Shown: in pieces, positions 25,313 through 43,536 of the stretch
How the letters are laid out: each line of letters starts with the position of its first letter
Position numbering within the stretch: position 1 is the first letter of the stretch
Assembly: GCA_012295275.1 (NCBI GenBank)
Contig: CM022666.1
Span: forward strand, 372,001 to 436,000
Length of the DNA stretch: 64,000 nt
Source of the DNA: Chrysomallon squamiferum
Lineage: Eukaryota > Animalia > Mollusca
Direction of reading: 5' to 3'
The notes under the pieces: model-generated
Told to the model about the DNA's origin: nothing
Database searches by the model: none
Seen by the model: the letters and a program-made list of their open reading frames with translations, nothing else
Position numbers and translations under genes: made by a program

Positions 25313-26920
25313 CTCTACCTATGTGTGTATGGGTGTTCGCGCACTTTATTTATCCATTTAATAAATCACTACTAATGTAGTACAGCATGGAACAATAAAT
25401 TGCATTCACGACGCACACACTCATACACATGCCAACATACACACATCTGGCCTGTAATTTACAGTTTTGGGACATTAACAGCGATACCGTGTGAGTGTAA
25501 CAACAGTTTGCTCTCATCAGTAATCTAAACGTTTTCCGATATCTTCTAACTCTTCACAATATCAGTGTAATTATCACAGATTTCATTAGGTTTTAACTGA
25601 CTATGTGAGTATAACTTTCCTGTAGATTCCATCACACTCTGCATGGTGGACCACGCTGTGTCCAGTTAAGAACAGGGTCACAAGTTTCTGTTGTTTTGGA
25701 ATTTGTTGTATTTAACATAAACACGTTGTTTGTTTCACTCACTTTATTTCCTTGATACAAAACTTGCTGATATCTGCCAGTGCTGCTATCATTACCACTA
25801 GTATTACCTTTATTTTACAAAAGCTGCCGTAACAACATCAGTAGTAGTAATAATAATAATAACAACAACAACAACAGCAACAACAACAACAATAATAATA
25901 ATAGAATCAGTAGTAGTGGTAGTAGTAATCGTTGTTGTTACTGTTGTTGTTCGGGCAGTAGTAACAATAACAACAAAATAAAAATAATAAAATGACATTA
26001 GAATAAATGACTGGTGTCAAAAATCATCTTTTTACAAGCAAACATAGCCCAAGAATATAAAGTGTTACAGTTATTAGATACTTTGATGTAAAAATAAAAC
26101 AATAATAAAAATTAAAATAAATCAAATATCTTACATATTCAAGATAAATCTAATAGAAAGTAACATCTTATCTTATCAACGAGAAATCTAAATGAAACGA
26201 ACGTCATACGTAACCATGAAAAATCTAAATAAAACTGAAGTCTGACTAAAACATGGACATTCTAAATCCAACAAGTATCTGAAAAATCTAAATAAAACTA
26301 ATGTTTGACGTAACTGTGGAAAATCCAATGAATCTGACGCCTTAAGTAACTATGGAAAATCTAAATTAAACCAAATGTGACGTAACCATGCGGAAATCTA
26401 AAAGCACTTAACGTTTTCTGTAACCATGGAAAATCTAAATGAAACTAAAGTCTTTGGTAATCACGGGAAAACTAAAAGAAATTAATTAATTCTATTTATC
26501 TCGGTAAAACTAAAATAAATTAATTAATTCTATTTATCTCGGTAAAACTAAAATAAATTAATTAATTCTAACTTACCTCGGTAAAACTAAAATAAATTAA
26601 TAAATTCTAACTCACCTCGGTAAAACTAAAATAAATTAAAAAATTCTATTTATCTCGGTAAAACTAAAATAAATTAATATATTCTAACTCACCTCGGTAA
26701 AACTAAAATAAATTAATAAATTCTATCTTATCTCGGTAAAACTAAAATAAATTAATTAATTCTAACTTACCTCGGTAAAACTAAAATAAATTAATTAATT
26801 CTAACTTACCTCGGTAAAACTAAAATAAATTAAAATATTCTAACTTACCTCGGTAAAACTAAAATAAATTAATTAATTCTAACTTACCTCGGTAAAAGAC
26901 GTCGTTTCTTCCGCGTCCAT
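18500..26920 (-). CDS. SLC22/organic cation transporter-like MFS protein, 9 coding exons, with an apparent +1 frameshift in exon 4 (assembly error or recent pseudogene)
   Basis: Exons 26920-26888, 24506-24225, 23702-23281, 22734-22494, 22156-22022, 20715-20633, 19678-19558, 19173-19101, 18679-18500 sum to 1570 nt (3n+1). Motifs: LGSFGRFQ, TIVSEWDLVC, SDTFGRK, PDSMRWL, YYGL, ELYPTVVR, LPETKG. Confidence 0.9.
19101..19173 (-). CDS. SLC22 exon 8
   Basis: TLGFGVSQTCARVGGIVAPMILLM; ttttcag| ... |gtgagc. Confidence 0.92.
19558..19678 (-). CDS. SLC22 exon 7
   Basis: AAKEYRDHVITVMALIAKMAIGGSWMIMYTYTNELYPTVVR; |gtaac donor. Confidence 0.9.
20633..20715 (-). CDS. SLC22 exon 6
   Basis: CGRKWTTITFLMIGGLSLVGTIVTNTT; ttccag| ... 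|gtaagt. Confidence 0.9.
21529..21620 (-). pseudogene. Degenerate duplicate of SLC22 exon 6 (pseudo-exon)
   Basis: TFLMIGGLALVDTIITNDM|gtaagtactgcactgcc versus the true TFLMIGGLSLVGTIVTNTT|gtaagtgctgcactgcc; no usable in-frame acceptor. Confidence 0.8.
21623..21969. repeat. 27-bp minisatellite, about 13 copies
   Basis: Unit tacttcttacatttcacattacgtaca. Confidence 0.95.
22022..22156 (-). CDS. SLC22 exon 5
   Basis: FSCSMVYYGLTFGAHGLSGSLFLNIFLLTVVEVP...LLRK; ctcag| ... |gtacgt. Confidence 0.92.
22494..22734 (-). CDS. SLC22 exon 4 (frameshifted at ~22617-22620)
   Basis: YVPDSMRWL...KLNRTSKPRDVR is in one frame and KSLRSVADEE...KYSYIDVFRGKTMIKTTVFSAFVW in another. Confidence 0.85.
23281..23702 (-). 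CDS. SLC22 exon 3
   Basis: WDLVCERKWVTKT...GQMSDTFGRK...PFLISY; ttttcag| ... |gtgagt. Confidence 0.93.
24225..24506 (-). CDS. SLC22 exon 2
   Basis: MPSVRQGVLENLIKELGSFGRFQ...TIVSE; ttcag| ... |gtaggg. Confidence 0.9.
24676..24872. mobile_element. Putative ~200-bp MITE (TA-flanked, Tc1/mariner-style)
   Basis: Terminal inverted repeats taatactgtgaaaaaa ... ttttttcacagtatta; an internal ~85 bp recurs at 27432-27514. Confidence 0.55.
26180..26465. repeat. Old, diverged tandem repeat (gtaaccatggaaaatctaaatgaaact-like)
   Basis: Recurrent taac(c/t)atggaaaatctaaat segments leading into the 39-bp array. Confidence 0.65.
26466..26897. repeat. 39-bp minisatellite, about 11 copies, built from the SLC22 exon-1 donor
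   Basis: Unit ctcggtaaaactaaaataaattaattaattctaacttac; on the minus strand TTTTACCGAG|gtaagttagaattaattaatttattttag. Confidence 0.95.
26888..26920 (-). CDS. SLC22 coding exon 1 (MDAEETTSFTE)
   Basis: ATG at 26920, donor GAG|gtaagt, phase 0 into exon 2. Confidence 0.7.
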
Positions 26921-27567
26921 TTCAGAAATTGTCGGAAGCTGCTATTGACACAGTTCACTGACCGTTCTCGAGAGACTGTGTCTTGTTTAGATTCTTCACG
27001 GTATGTCACACGACCCCATGCGTCACGCGCCCCGAAAACAAGCAAGCAGTAAATAACTGATGTTCTGATTCTACATATGAGTGAAATGAGCAAGAGGCTG
27101 AATGTTACACTGTGACTGTTTACAGCAGTAACACACAATTTAATGAATGAAGGAATGACAGATGGATGAATCGATGGATGTGAAATACTTCTTTATAAAT
27201 GCATTTAAATAATGCAAGATCATGACGCATACTTCATGGTTAAATGTCAAAATGCAGTATAATTACTTCACAGTTAAAGTTACCAACCCCACGCTGTACA
27301 TTTGATAGTTGTAAACTTCACCATAGTTACTGACCGATTAAAATAATAAAATACACATTACTGTCGTTAAAATCTTTAAATCTTAGAATATCCAAATAAT
27401 TATTTCAATGTTAAACTGTTAAAGCTTGGCATTATTATGTCATAATTTAAAAGTCAAATGCCATATACACCTGAAATATGATCTCCACGGTTACTGTCTG
27501 ATTATACAAATGCAGAGATGTTAAATAACAAATAAAAGAAATACAAAGAAGATTTCATGTATGTAAA

Positions 27568-27573
27568 TTTATT
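27568..27573 (-). terminator. Probable polyadenylation signal of lectin A (paralog at 36489-36494)
   Basis: AATAAA on the minus strand about 370 nt after the stop, conserved in both copies. Confidence 0.5.
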
Positions 27574-27810
27574 ATCATATGTGTTTCAATACATCACGTT
27601 TAACACATTATCATGTAATTACGTGTACAGCTGTGTGTCTGTGTCTAGAATATAAATATTTCTGTAGGCTGGCATTTAAATAAACAAATATCTGCAACGA
27701 ACTATATGTATGTACGTATTCATGCATGTATGTATTATATATTATGTATGGATGCATCTATTATAATGTATGTGTAAGCATATGTTTATGTAACTATGTT
27801 TGTATATGTA

Positions 27811-27859
<49 letters not shown>

Positions 27860-27938
27860 AATTAATTTTGTATGTGTTTATGTGTGCCTGTGAGTTGTAG
27901 TATTTTAACAAAGTACAGCTATGATAATAAAGCGTGTT

Positions 27939-30399
<2,461 letters not shown>

Positions 30400-33024
30400 T
30401 GTTGGTGACTACTGTTGTTACAAACTATCAATCCTTATTCGATATCTTATATTACACAATGGGATCCTTACACTAAATGATTACCTGCGAGAGCCAATGT
30501 TATACACAGCTAGGGGCTTTTGGGGTTTCTTTTTAACGGCACTTCATTATCAAGATATATTTGGTTCCTGCTACTACTACTTTACTACTACCATCACCAC
30601 CAATACTTTTGCTATTACCACTACGTCACAGTTACCAATACTATTACTACCACCACCACCACACCACCATTTCTTCAGCTACTGTTTCTAACAATTAGTA
30701 GTAGCAGCAGCGGTAGTAGTTTTAGTAGTAATAGCAGTAGTAGAAGTGATAGTTGTAGTAGTTTAGTAGTAGTAGTAATAGTAATAATCTTAGTAACAGT
30801 AGTAGTAGTAGACGTAGTAGTAATATTATCTGTACTAGTGATAGCAGAAGCACTAGTGTTAACAGTGGCAGTTGTAGTAGTAGTAGTAACAGTATTAGTA
30901 GTGGTATTTGTTGTTTTTTGTTGTTTTTTGTTGTTATTGTTGTTTTGTAATTACTGTTGTAGTTGTAGTCATTGTTGTTGTTGTTATATAGCTATTGTAG
31001 TAGTAGTGTGATGATATGATCCTGAAGTAGTTATTTGGTGTAAGGCAACCATTACGTATTTTAAAATAAAATTTTAGATATGAAAGACATATGATAAGTT
31101 TCAGAAGTTTGTGTGTCCGTGAGACCTGACATCTGTACTTGCGTCATCACTGAGACACGCTGTACTGTTACATAAAAGCTTAAATAACAAGTAAATATTT
31201 TAAAACAACAAATATTAAAAAACGACAGCAACAATAATAGCAGTAAGGTAAACAACAAAAATAACAAAAAACTAAGAAAAACGTTAATATATAAATAAAT
31301 AAACATAAGTTATTAAAATAAAGAAAGAAAGAACGAAAGAAAGAAATAGCAATATAGGAAGAAAAACCAAAATTAAATTAAAATTTATAACAGTTTAGAT
31401 AAACCTCCAGACAAATATTTCTTACGATAACGTATCATTAGTTCTAGCAGTGGTAGCTGCAATTGTAATAACAGTAGTAGTAGTAGTAGTAGTATTAATA
31501 TTAATAGTAGTAGTAATTGTCGTAATAATAGCAGCAGTAGTAACAGTAGTAGTTGTAGTAGTAGTAATAGTAATAGTAATTGTAATAATAATAGCAGTGG
31601 TAGTAGTAGTAGTTGCAGTAGCAGTAGCTATAGTATTGGTACTTATTGTAGTAGTTGTTCTTTTAATTTGTTATAGTTGTTGTTGTAAAGTAGTATTAAC
31701 GGAAGTAGTATATGAGATAAATACTAAATGTTCAATCAAATCTGTCCTGGGCATGATTTATATTTATCTCTGTTTACTAATGATAGTTTTTGTGACCTAC
31801 ACTTTTGTAATTAACTGGGGTGTGATTTGAATACCTATCACACTTAACTCCAACACAACATAGCTGTATCGAGATTAGTAATGGAACATATGTTACAAAA
31901 CAGCTATGTGCGATCACGATTTATTACATATTCATGGACTGAAACACGCGTGACTTAAATCAGGTTACGTATAATTACCAAATTATGCCTTTCCGCAGTG
32001 CAAATATGTGTAGACGTCTGATGGTCAAAAACTCTGTAGTTAAATATGTATGTATATTTATATATTTATATATTTATATTCATATATATTTATATATTTA
32101 TATTTTTATATATGGTGATAATTATAAAGCGACCCTAAGGTGGTTTTACGCTGATTTATTATTATATTCGTTTATTCATTCATTCATTCATTCATTCATT
32201 CATTCATTACTTTTTATTTTTATTTATTTATGCTTCAGATATATATAGTGTGTGTGTATATATAACAGACTGTTTTTGTAATGTCTAATAGATATAAATA
32301 ACTGTAATAACAGATTTGCAGAGACGCTTTTTGTCGTTATGTTTGTTTGAAAAATCAGATTAAAATATCAAAATGCCAGAATAAATAAAAAAATAAAAAA
32401 ATAAATAAACGAATAAATGAATAAATAAATAAACATGTAAATAAATGAAAACTGTAATTATTAAATCAACAATTTTCACATTAAAAATAAACAATTTTTC
32501 AAGATCAAAAAACAACTTTTCCTACTTAAATATAAATCTCTCATCGCTGTTAAATAAGTTACGTTCTGTTGGTCTTTTCTCTACGCTGTGAGTCTACTTA
32601 ATGATTAATACAACGTACAAGTTATTATCTTGTTTAGATGAAGGTCACATTCTACACTGTGTGTCTAATCCAGACACTGGGAAGTTCAGACATAATTCAC
32701 TTATCAAAGATTTATCAAGTACAGAGTATGGACACAGCTTCATGGGAAAAGCGAGCAAAACAAACATGTTATAATTTTGCTAGCATATCTTTTCATTTGA
32801 TAAAAAATCCGTATCTATTAATCCAAACTATATGTCTGTATTACTTATTGGTACTAGTAGTAATTTAAATAAAAAAAATTTGTTTGTTAGTTATAGCTGT
32901 GTCAGATATAATAGGGTTAATACTGGTGTTTTCTGTGACCTGTTTACATACATTTATACATTAATTTATATTCATATAACATCTTAAAACTTCTTAATAT
33001 TTTAATTTGTTTTCTTAAATAAAG

Positions 33025-33063
<39 letters not shown>

Positions 33064-33580
33064 TTATACTTTTTATTTTATTCCATTTTATTTTTTATTT
33101 CCATTTTTATTTTTATTTTTATTTTTTTCATTTTATATATTTATTTTATTTTTTTATTTATTTTTTATTTTTTATTTATTTATTTATTTATTTATTTATT
33201 TTTTTATTTATTTATTAATCTTGTTTCAAGTATTAAAATTCTGTACTAAAGAATATTCTTAGACTCTATCTTACAACATCAACAATCCCATTCTAACATT
33301 ACCAGGGTAGGTAAACCAGCTAAAAATCTCCGGCTTATTCCAGTTGACTTATTTGTCCTCTGCTCTGTTCAGATAAAAATCTTGGACCAGTAAATCCCAG
33401 CTAACAGTTAAACCTAGATGATCCCTTTGACTATACAACCGTCTACAGTATTTACTCGAGTATAATTTGTCATCGTCCATCCCTTTAGCCGAGTGGTTAA
33501 GGAAATGACAGTTTGAAAGATCATCACTTCTTAGCCTGTCCTTTGGACTGTCTCCGTTAAAACCAGAACACACTGGCTAG

Positions 33581-35819
33581 CTTCATACAGTGTCTTCATA
33601 CAGTGTCTTCATACAGTTTCTTCAAACAGTGACTTCATACAGTGTCTTCATACAGTGATTCATACAGTGTTTTCATACAGTGTCTTCATACAGTGTCTTC
33701 ATACAGTGTCTTCATACAATGTCTTAATACAGTGTCTTCACACAGTGTCTCGATACACTGTCTTCATTCAGTGTCTTGATACAGTGTCTTCATACTGTGT
33801 CTTCATACAGTGTCTTGATACAGTGCATCGACACAGCGTCTTCATATAGAGTCTTCATACATTGTCTTCATACACTGTCTTCATACACTGTCTTCATACA
33901 GTGTCTCGATACAGTGTCTTCATATAGTCTCTTCATACATTGTCTTCATACACTGTCTTCATACACTGTCTTCATACAGTGTCTTCATATGGTCTCTTCA
34001 TAGAGTGTCTTCATGCAGTGTCTTCATAGAGTGTCTCGATACAGTGTCTCGATACAGTGTCTTCATACAGTGTCTTCATACAGTGCCTCGACACACCGCC
34101 TTCATATAGTGTCTTCGTACATTGTCTTCATACACTGTCTTCATACACTGTCTTCATACAGTGTCTTGATACAGTGCCTTCATATAGTGTCTTGATACAG
34201 TGTCTTCATACACTGTCTTCATACAGTGTCTCGATACAGTGTCTCGATACATTGTCTTCATACAGTGTCTTCATACAGTGTCTTCATACAGTGTCTTCAT
34301 TTAGTGTCTTCATACAGTGTCTCGATACAGTGTCTCAATACAGTGTCTTCATGCAGTGTCTCCATACAGTGTGTTCATACAGTGTCTTCATACAGTGTCT
34401 TCATACAGTGTCTCGATACAGTGTCTTCATACAGTGTCTCCATACACTGTCTCGATACAGTGTCTCGATCGAGTGTATTCATACAGTGTCTTCATTCAGT
34501 GTCTCGATACAGTGTCTTTATACAGTGTCTCGATACAGTGTCTTCATACAGTGTCTTTATACAGTGTCTTCATTCACTGTCTCGATATAGTGTCTTGATA
34601 CACTCTCTCGATACAGTTCTTTATACAGTGTCTATACAGTGTCTTGGTACAGTGCCTCGACACAGCGTCTTCATACAGTGTCTTCATACACTGTCTTCAT
34701 ACACTGTCTTCATACAGTGTCTCGATACAGTGTCTTCATACAGTGTCTCCATACAGTGTCTTTATACAGTGTCTTCATACAGTGTCTCGATACACTGTCT
34801 TCATTCAGTGTCTTGATACGATGTCTTCATACAGTGTCTTCATACTGTGTCTTCATTTAGTGTCTTCATACACTGTCTTCGTACAGTGTCTCGATACAGT
34901 GTCTCGGTACAGTGTCTTCATACAGTGTCTCGATACAGTGTCTTCATACAATGTATTCATACAGTGTCTCCATACACTGTCTTCATACACTGTCTTGATA
35001 CAGTGTCTTGATACAGTGTCTCGATACAGTGTCTCGATACAGTGTCTTCATACAGTGTCTTCATTCAGTGTCTTGATACGATGTCTTCATACAGTGTCTT
35101 CATACAGTGTCTTCATACAGTGTCTTCATACAGTGTGTTCATACAGTGTCTTCATACACTGTCTTCATACAGTGTCTCGATACAGTGTCTCGATACAGTG
35201 TCTTCATACAGTGTCTTCATTCAGTGTCTCGATACACTGTCTTCATTCAGTGTCTTGATACGATGTCTTCATACAGTGTCTCGATACAGTGTCTTCATAC
35301 AGTGCCTTTATACAGTGTCTCGATACAGTGTCTTCATACAGTTTCTTCATACACTGTCTTCATACAGTGTCTCGATACAGTGTCTTCATACAGTGTCTTC
35401 CTACATTGTCTTCATACAGTGTCTCGATACAGTGTCTTCATACAGTGTCTTCCTACATTGTCTTCATACAGTGTCTTGATACAGTGTCTTCATTCAGTGT
35501 CTCGATACAGTGTCTTAATACAGTGTCTTCATACAGTGTCATCATACATTGTCTTCATACATTGTCTTCATACAGTGTCTTCATACATTGTCTTCATGCA
35601 GTTGCTTCATACATTGTGTTGATTCAGTGTCTTCGTACAGTGTCTTAATACAGTGTCTTCATACAGTGTCATCATACATTGTCTTCATACATTGTCTTCA
35701 TACAGTGTCTTCATACATTGTCTTCATGCAGTTGCTTCATACATTGTGTTGATTCAGTGTCTTCGTACAGTGTCTTCATATAGTGTCTTCATACAGTCTT
35801 CATATAGTGTCTCGATACA
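33581..35819. repeat. 13-bp satellite (cagtgtcttcata and variants), about 170 copies
   Basis: Continuous 2.2-kb array with cttcata/ctcgata/cttgata variants. Confidence 0.97.
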
Positions 35820-36212
35820 TTATTATTATTATTATTATTATTTTACTTCATGTTAATTATTGTGAAGATATGTTTACAAATGTATTATTAAGACTGAGTC
35901 TCCATATACTGAACTCATCAACATCCCCTCAATCAAAAATTACCGTAATTTTAGTTGTTAATTATTTTGTTTAAATGAAACAGGACTAAATTCATACGGC
36001 TAAGGCCACCACAACCACACCGTCTATTAATTTATACAACTACTGACACAACGTCTATTGCATTGGTCATCACTGTTATTACGACTACTTCTATCATAAT
36101 TAATGCAAAAACAAGATTTTTTTTGTGGTGTTTTATGTCCAGTGAAAAGATAAATACAGTTACATCATTTATGGAGCTCTGTGAGGAAAGGGAAATTGAT
36201 TATGTATCGTTA

Positions 36213-36247
<35 letters not shown>

Positions 36248-36318
36248 TGAGAGAAGAAAATGAACGTGCTGATCAGAGCAAGCTGTTCGTGTCTGTGTGT
36301 GTGTTTAAATGTATAGGT

Positions 36319-36439
<121 letters not shown>

Positions 36440-36721
36440 TGTTAAATAAAAAATAAAACAAATAAAAAGAAGATTTCATGTATGTAAATTTATTATCATA
36501 TGTGTTTCAATACATCACGTTTAACACATTATCATGTAATTACGTGTACTGCTGTGTGTCTGTGTCTAGAATATAATTATTTCTGTAGGCTGGCATTTAA
36601 ATAAACAACTATCTGCAACGAACTATATGTATGTACGTATGCATGCATGTATGTATTATATATTATGTATGGATGCATCTATTATAATGTATGTGTAAGC
36701 ATATGTTTATGTAACTATGTT

Positions 36722-36790
<69 letters not shown>

Positions 36791-36875
36791 TTAATTAATT
36801 ATGTGTATGTGTTTATGTGTGCCTGTGAGTTGTAGTATTTTAATAAAGTACAGCTATGATAATAATAAACGTGTT

Positions 36876-39911
<3,036 letters not shown>

Positions 39912-42021
39912 TGTTGGTGACTACTGTTGTTACAGACTATCAATCCTTATTCGATATCTTATATTAAACAAAGGGATCCTTACACTAAATCATTACCTGC
40001 GAGAGACAATGTTATACACAGCTAGGGGCTTTCGTTTTTTTTACTTTTCTTTTCTTTTTTCTTTTAACCTTTTTTTACGGCACTTTATTATTATTATTCA
40101 GATATATTTGGTTGCTACTACTACTACTCTACTACTATCATCACTGCCACTACGTCACAGCTACCAATACTACTACTACTACCACCACCACCACCACCAC
40201 ACCACCATTGCTTCAGCTACTGTTTCTAACAATTAGTAGTAGCAGCAGCGGTAGTAGTTTTAGTAGTAATAGCAGTAGTAGAAGTGATAGTTGTAGTAGT
40301 TTAGTAGTAATAGTAATAATCTTAGTAACTGTAGTAGTAATAGTAATAATTTTAGTAACTGTAGTAGTAGTAGTAGTAACAGTATTAGTAGTGGTATTTG
40401 TTGTTTTTGTTGTTTTGTAATTATTGTTGTAGTTGTAGTCGTTGTTGTTGTTGTTATAAAAGAGGACGTAGCCATTATAGTAGTAGTATGATGACATGTT
40501 CCTGAATAGTAGTTATTTGGTGTAAGGCAACCATTATGTGTTTTAAAATAGAATTTTAGATAGGAAAGACATATGATAAGTTTCAGAAGTTTGTGTGTCC
40601 GTGAGACCTGACATCTGAACTTGTGTTATCACTGAAACACGCTGTACTGTTATATAAAAACTTAAATAACAAGTAAATATTTTAAAAATACAAATATTAA
40701 AAACGACAGCAACAATAACCCCAAGAGCAGTAAGGTAAACAACAAAAATAACAAAAACAAATAAAAAAGTTAATATATAAATAAATAAACATAATTTATA
40801 AAAATAAATAAATAAAGAAAGAAAGAAAGAAATTAAAACCAATGTAGGAAGGAAAACCAAAATAAAATTAAAATTTATAACAGTTTAGATAAACCTCCAG
40901 TCAAATATTTCTTACGATAACGTATCATTAGTTCTAGCAGTGGTAGCTGCAATTGTAATAACAGTAGTAGTAGTAGTTGGTGTAGTAGTATTTATATTAA
41001 TAGTAGTAGTAATTGTCGTAATAATAGCAGCAGTAGTAACAGTAGTAGTTGTAGTAGTAGTAATCGTCTTAATAACAGCAGTAGTAAGAGTAGTAGTGGT
41101 AGTACTAGTAATAACAATAGTAATTGTAATAATAATAGCAGTGGTAGTAGTATATGATATAAATACTAAATGTTCAATCAAATCTGTCCTGGGCATGATT
41201 TATATTTATCTCTGTTTACTAATGATAGTTTTTGTGACCTACACTTTTGTAATTAACTGGGGTGTGATTTGAATACCTATTAGACTTAACTCCAACACAA
41301 CATAGCTGTATCGAGATTAGTAATGGAACATATGTTACAAAACAGCTATGTACGGTCACGATTTATTACATATTCATGGACTGAAACACGCGTGACTTAA
41401 ATCAGGTTACGTATAATTACCAAATTATGCCTTTCCGCAGTGAAAATATGTGTAGACGTCTGATGGTCAAAAACTCTGTAGTTATATATGTATGTATATT
41501 AATTTATATATATATATATATATATTTAAATATTTATATATGGTGATAATTATAAAGCGACCCTAAGGTGGTTTTACGCTGATTTATTACTGTATTCGTT
41601 TATTCATTCATTCTTTGATTGATTCATTCATTCATTATTTTTTACTTTTTATTTTCACAGGGTATGCAAACCAGTAAAGAAAATCCAGGCCTGTGTCATT
41701 TAGCTTGTTTCTCCTCTGCTCTGTTCAGATAAAAATCTTCGACCAGTAAATCCCAGCTAACAGTTAAACCTAGATGATCCCTCTGACTACAGAACCGTCT
41801 ACGGTATTTACTCGAGTATAATTTGTCATCGTCCATCCTTTAGCTGAGTGGTTAAGGAAATGACAGTTTGAAACATCATCACTTCTTAGCCTGTCCTTTG
41901 GACTGTTCCGTTAAAACCAGAACACAGTCGCTGGCTCGATGTTCTGCCCTGAACAGCTGGTTAACAAAATTGCTGTTCTGGAGTACAAATAAATAATTAT
42001 TTTATTTTATTTATTTTCGTT

Positions 42022-42057
<36 letters not shown>

Positions 42058-42086
42058 ATATTGCTGTTGTTGTCTTATTGTTATTA

Positions 42087-42152
<66 letters not shown>

Positions 42153-42619
42153 TACTTCATGTAAATTAGTGTAAAGATATTTTCGCAAATGTATTACTAA
42201 GACTGAGTCTCCAAATATTAAACTCATCAACCTACACCTCAACCATAAACTACCTTATTTTTAGTTGTTAATTATTTTATTCAAGTGAAACAGGAATACA
42301 GTTATTGCGGCTAAGGCCACCACTACCACACCGTCTATTAATTTATACAACTACTGCCACAACGTCTATTCCAGTGGTCATCACATCACTGTTAATACGA
42401 CTACTTCTATCATAATTAATGCAAAATCAATATTTTTTGGTGGTGTTTTATGTCCAGTGAAAAGATAAATACAGTTACATCATTTATGGAGCTCTGTGTG
42501 GAAAGTGAAATTGATTATGTATCCCTAAAGTGTGTGTGCGTGTGTGAGTGAGAGAAGAAAATGAACGTGCTGATCAGAGCAAGCTGTTGTGACGCAAGTT
42601 ACGTTTCTGTCTGTGTCGT

Positions 42620-42732
<113 letters not shown>

Positions 42733-42935
42733 AAACAGAGACAGAGAGACCAAGAGAGGGAGAGACAGACAGAGACAGAGACAGAGAGACAGAGAGAGAA
42801 AAAGAGGGAGAGAGACAGAGAGAGAGAGGGAGAGAGAGACAGAGAAAGAGACAGAGACAGAGAGAGAGACAGAGAGAAAGACAGAGACACAGAGACACTT
42901 TCCTTTTTTATAAGCACAATACGTTAGTGTAACAG

Positions 42936-42995
42936 TACAGTCAGTCGACGACTTACGACTAAGCGACTTACGATTGTTTGAGTTTACGACTGCAC
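42936..42995 (+). mobile_element. Possible pogo/Tigger-like DNA transposon terminal fragment
   Basis: TA-CAGTCAGTCGACGACTTACGA with repeated (g/a)(c/t)ttacga subterminal motifs resembles Tigger-type TIRs; no partner end seen. Confidence 0.3.
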
Positions 42996-43433
42996 GTCTG
43001 AGTGTGGTGCCGCGAGGTTTACGGTAAAAATAACAATTCAGACTGAGTCTGTTTGTAAAGAAAACACTTCAGTAGCTAGGAAGACAAAGACGTCTTTAGT
43101 CCGTTTACCAGCATCAGTGACCAATCATTTTTTTTTTTTTTTTTCTCGGAAAGTGCACGTGAATCGATTCCTGTCTATTGTACTCACCTTCGTGTAAAGA
43201 TAACGAAAATATATGGCATTACCCGAAAGAAACAAAATTAAGATTATAAAAGGGAAATTAAAGATTGAAAGAAAGAGACAAATAATCAAAGAAACGAAAA
43301 AAAGCAGAAGGAAAGCGCAAATCAGTAATAATATAAAAATACGAGCTGAAACTGAAAGATCGAAAGTGGCTTATACGTGAACAGTTGGTGTGCTGCAGTT
43401 AGTGTTCCTTAATTTCGTCCTGTTAACGATTAT

Positions 43434-43536
43434 GTCACGTGACCTGACTCTTCGTAACCAATCCAGAAATCGTAACAGGAAGTGCTTCCGGAAACAAACG
43501 ATAGTCGGAAAAGCTAAACACCGTGAAGTGACGTCA
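43434..43536. promoter_or_regulatory. Housekeeping-type promoter motif cluster
   Basis: GTCACGTGAC 43434, CCAAT 43458, CAGGAAGT 43476, TTCCGGAA 43486 and TGACGTCA 43529 within about 100 bp. Confidence 0.55.

Noticed and set aside
30497-31830. Hydrophobic Val/Ile-rich ORFs resembling membrane proteins
   Set aside because: They are products of (GTA)n/(GTT)n simple repeats; the same applies to the poly-I, poly-RE and poly-SL ORFs elsewhere.
33349-33573. 74-aa complex-looking ORF
   Set aside because: The paralogous copy has indels breaking the frame, and no domain is recognisable.
33655-35856. Many long overlapping ORFs (SSYSVFIQCLHTV repeats)
   Set aside because: They are translations of a 13-bp satellite that is absent from the paralogous block, with no splice or domain support.
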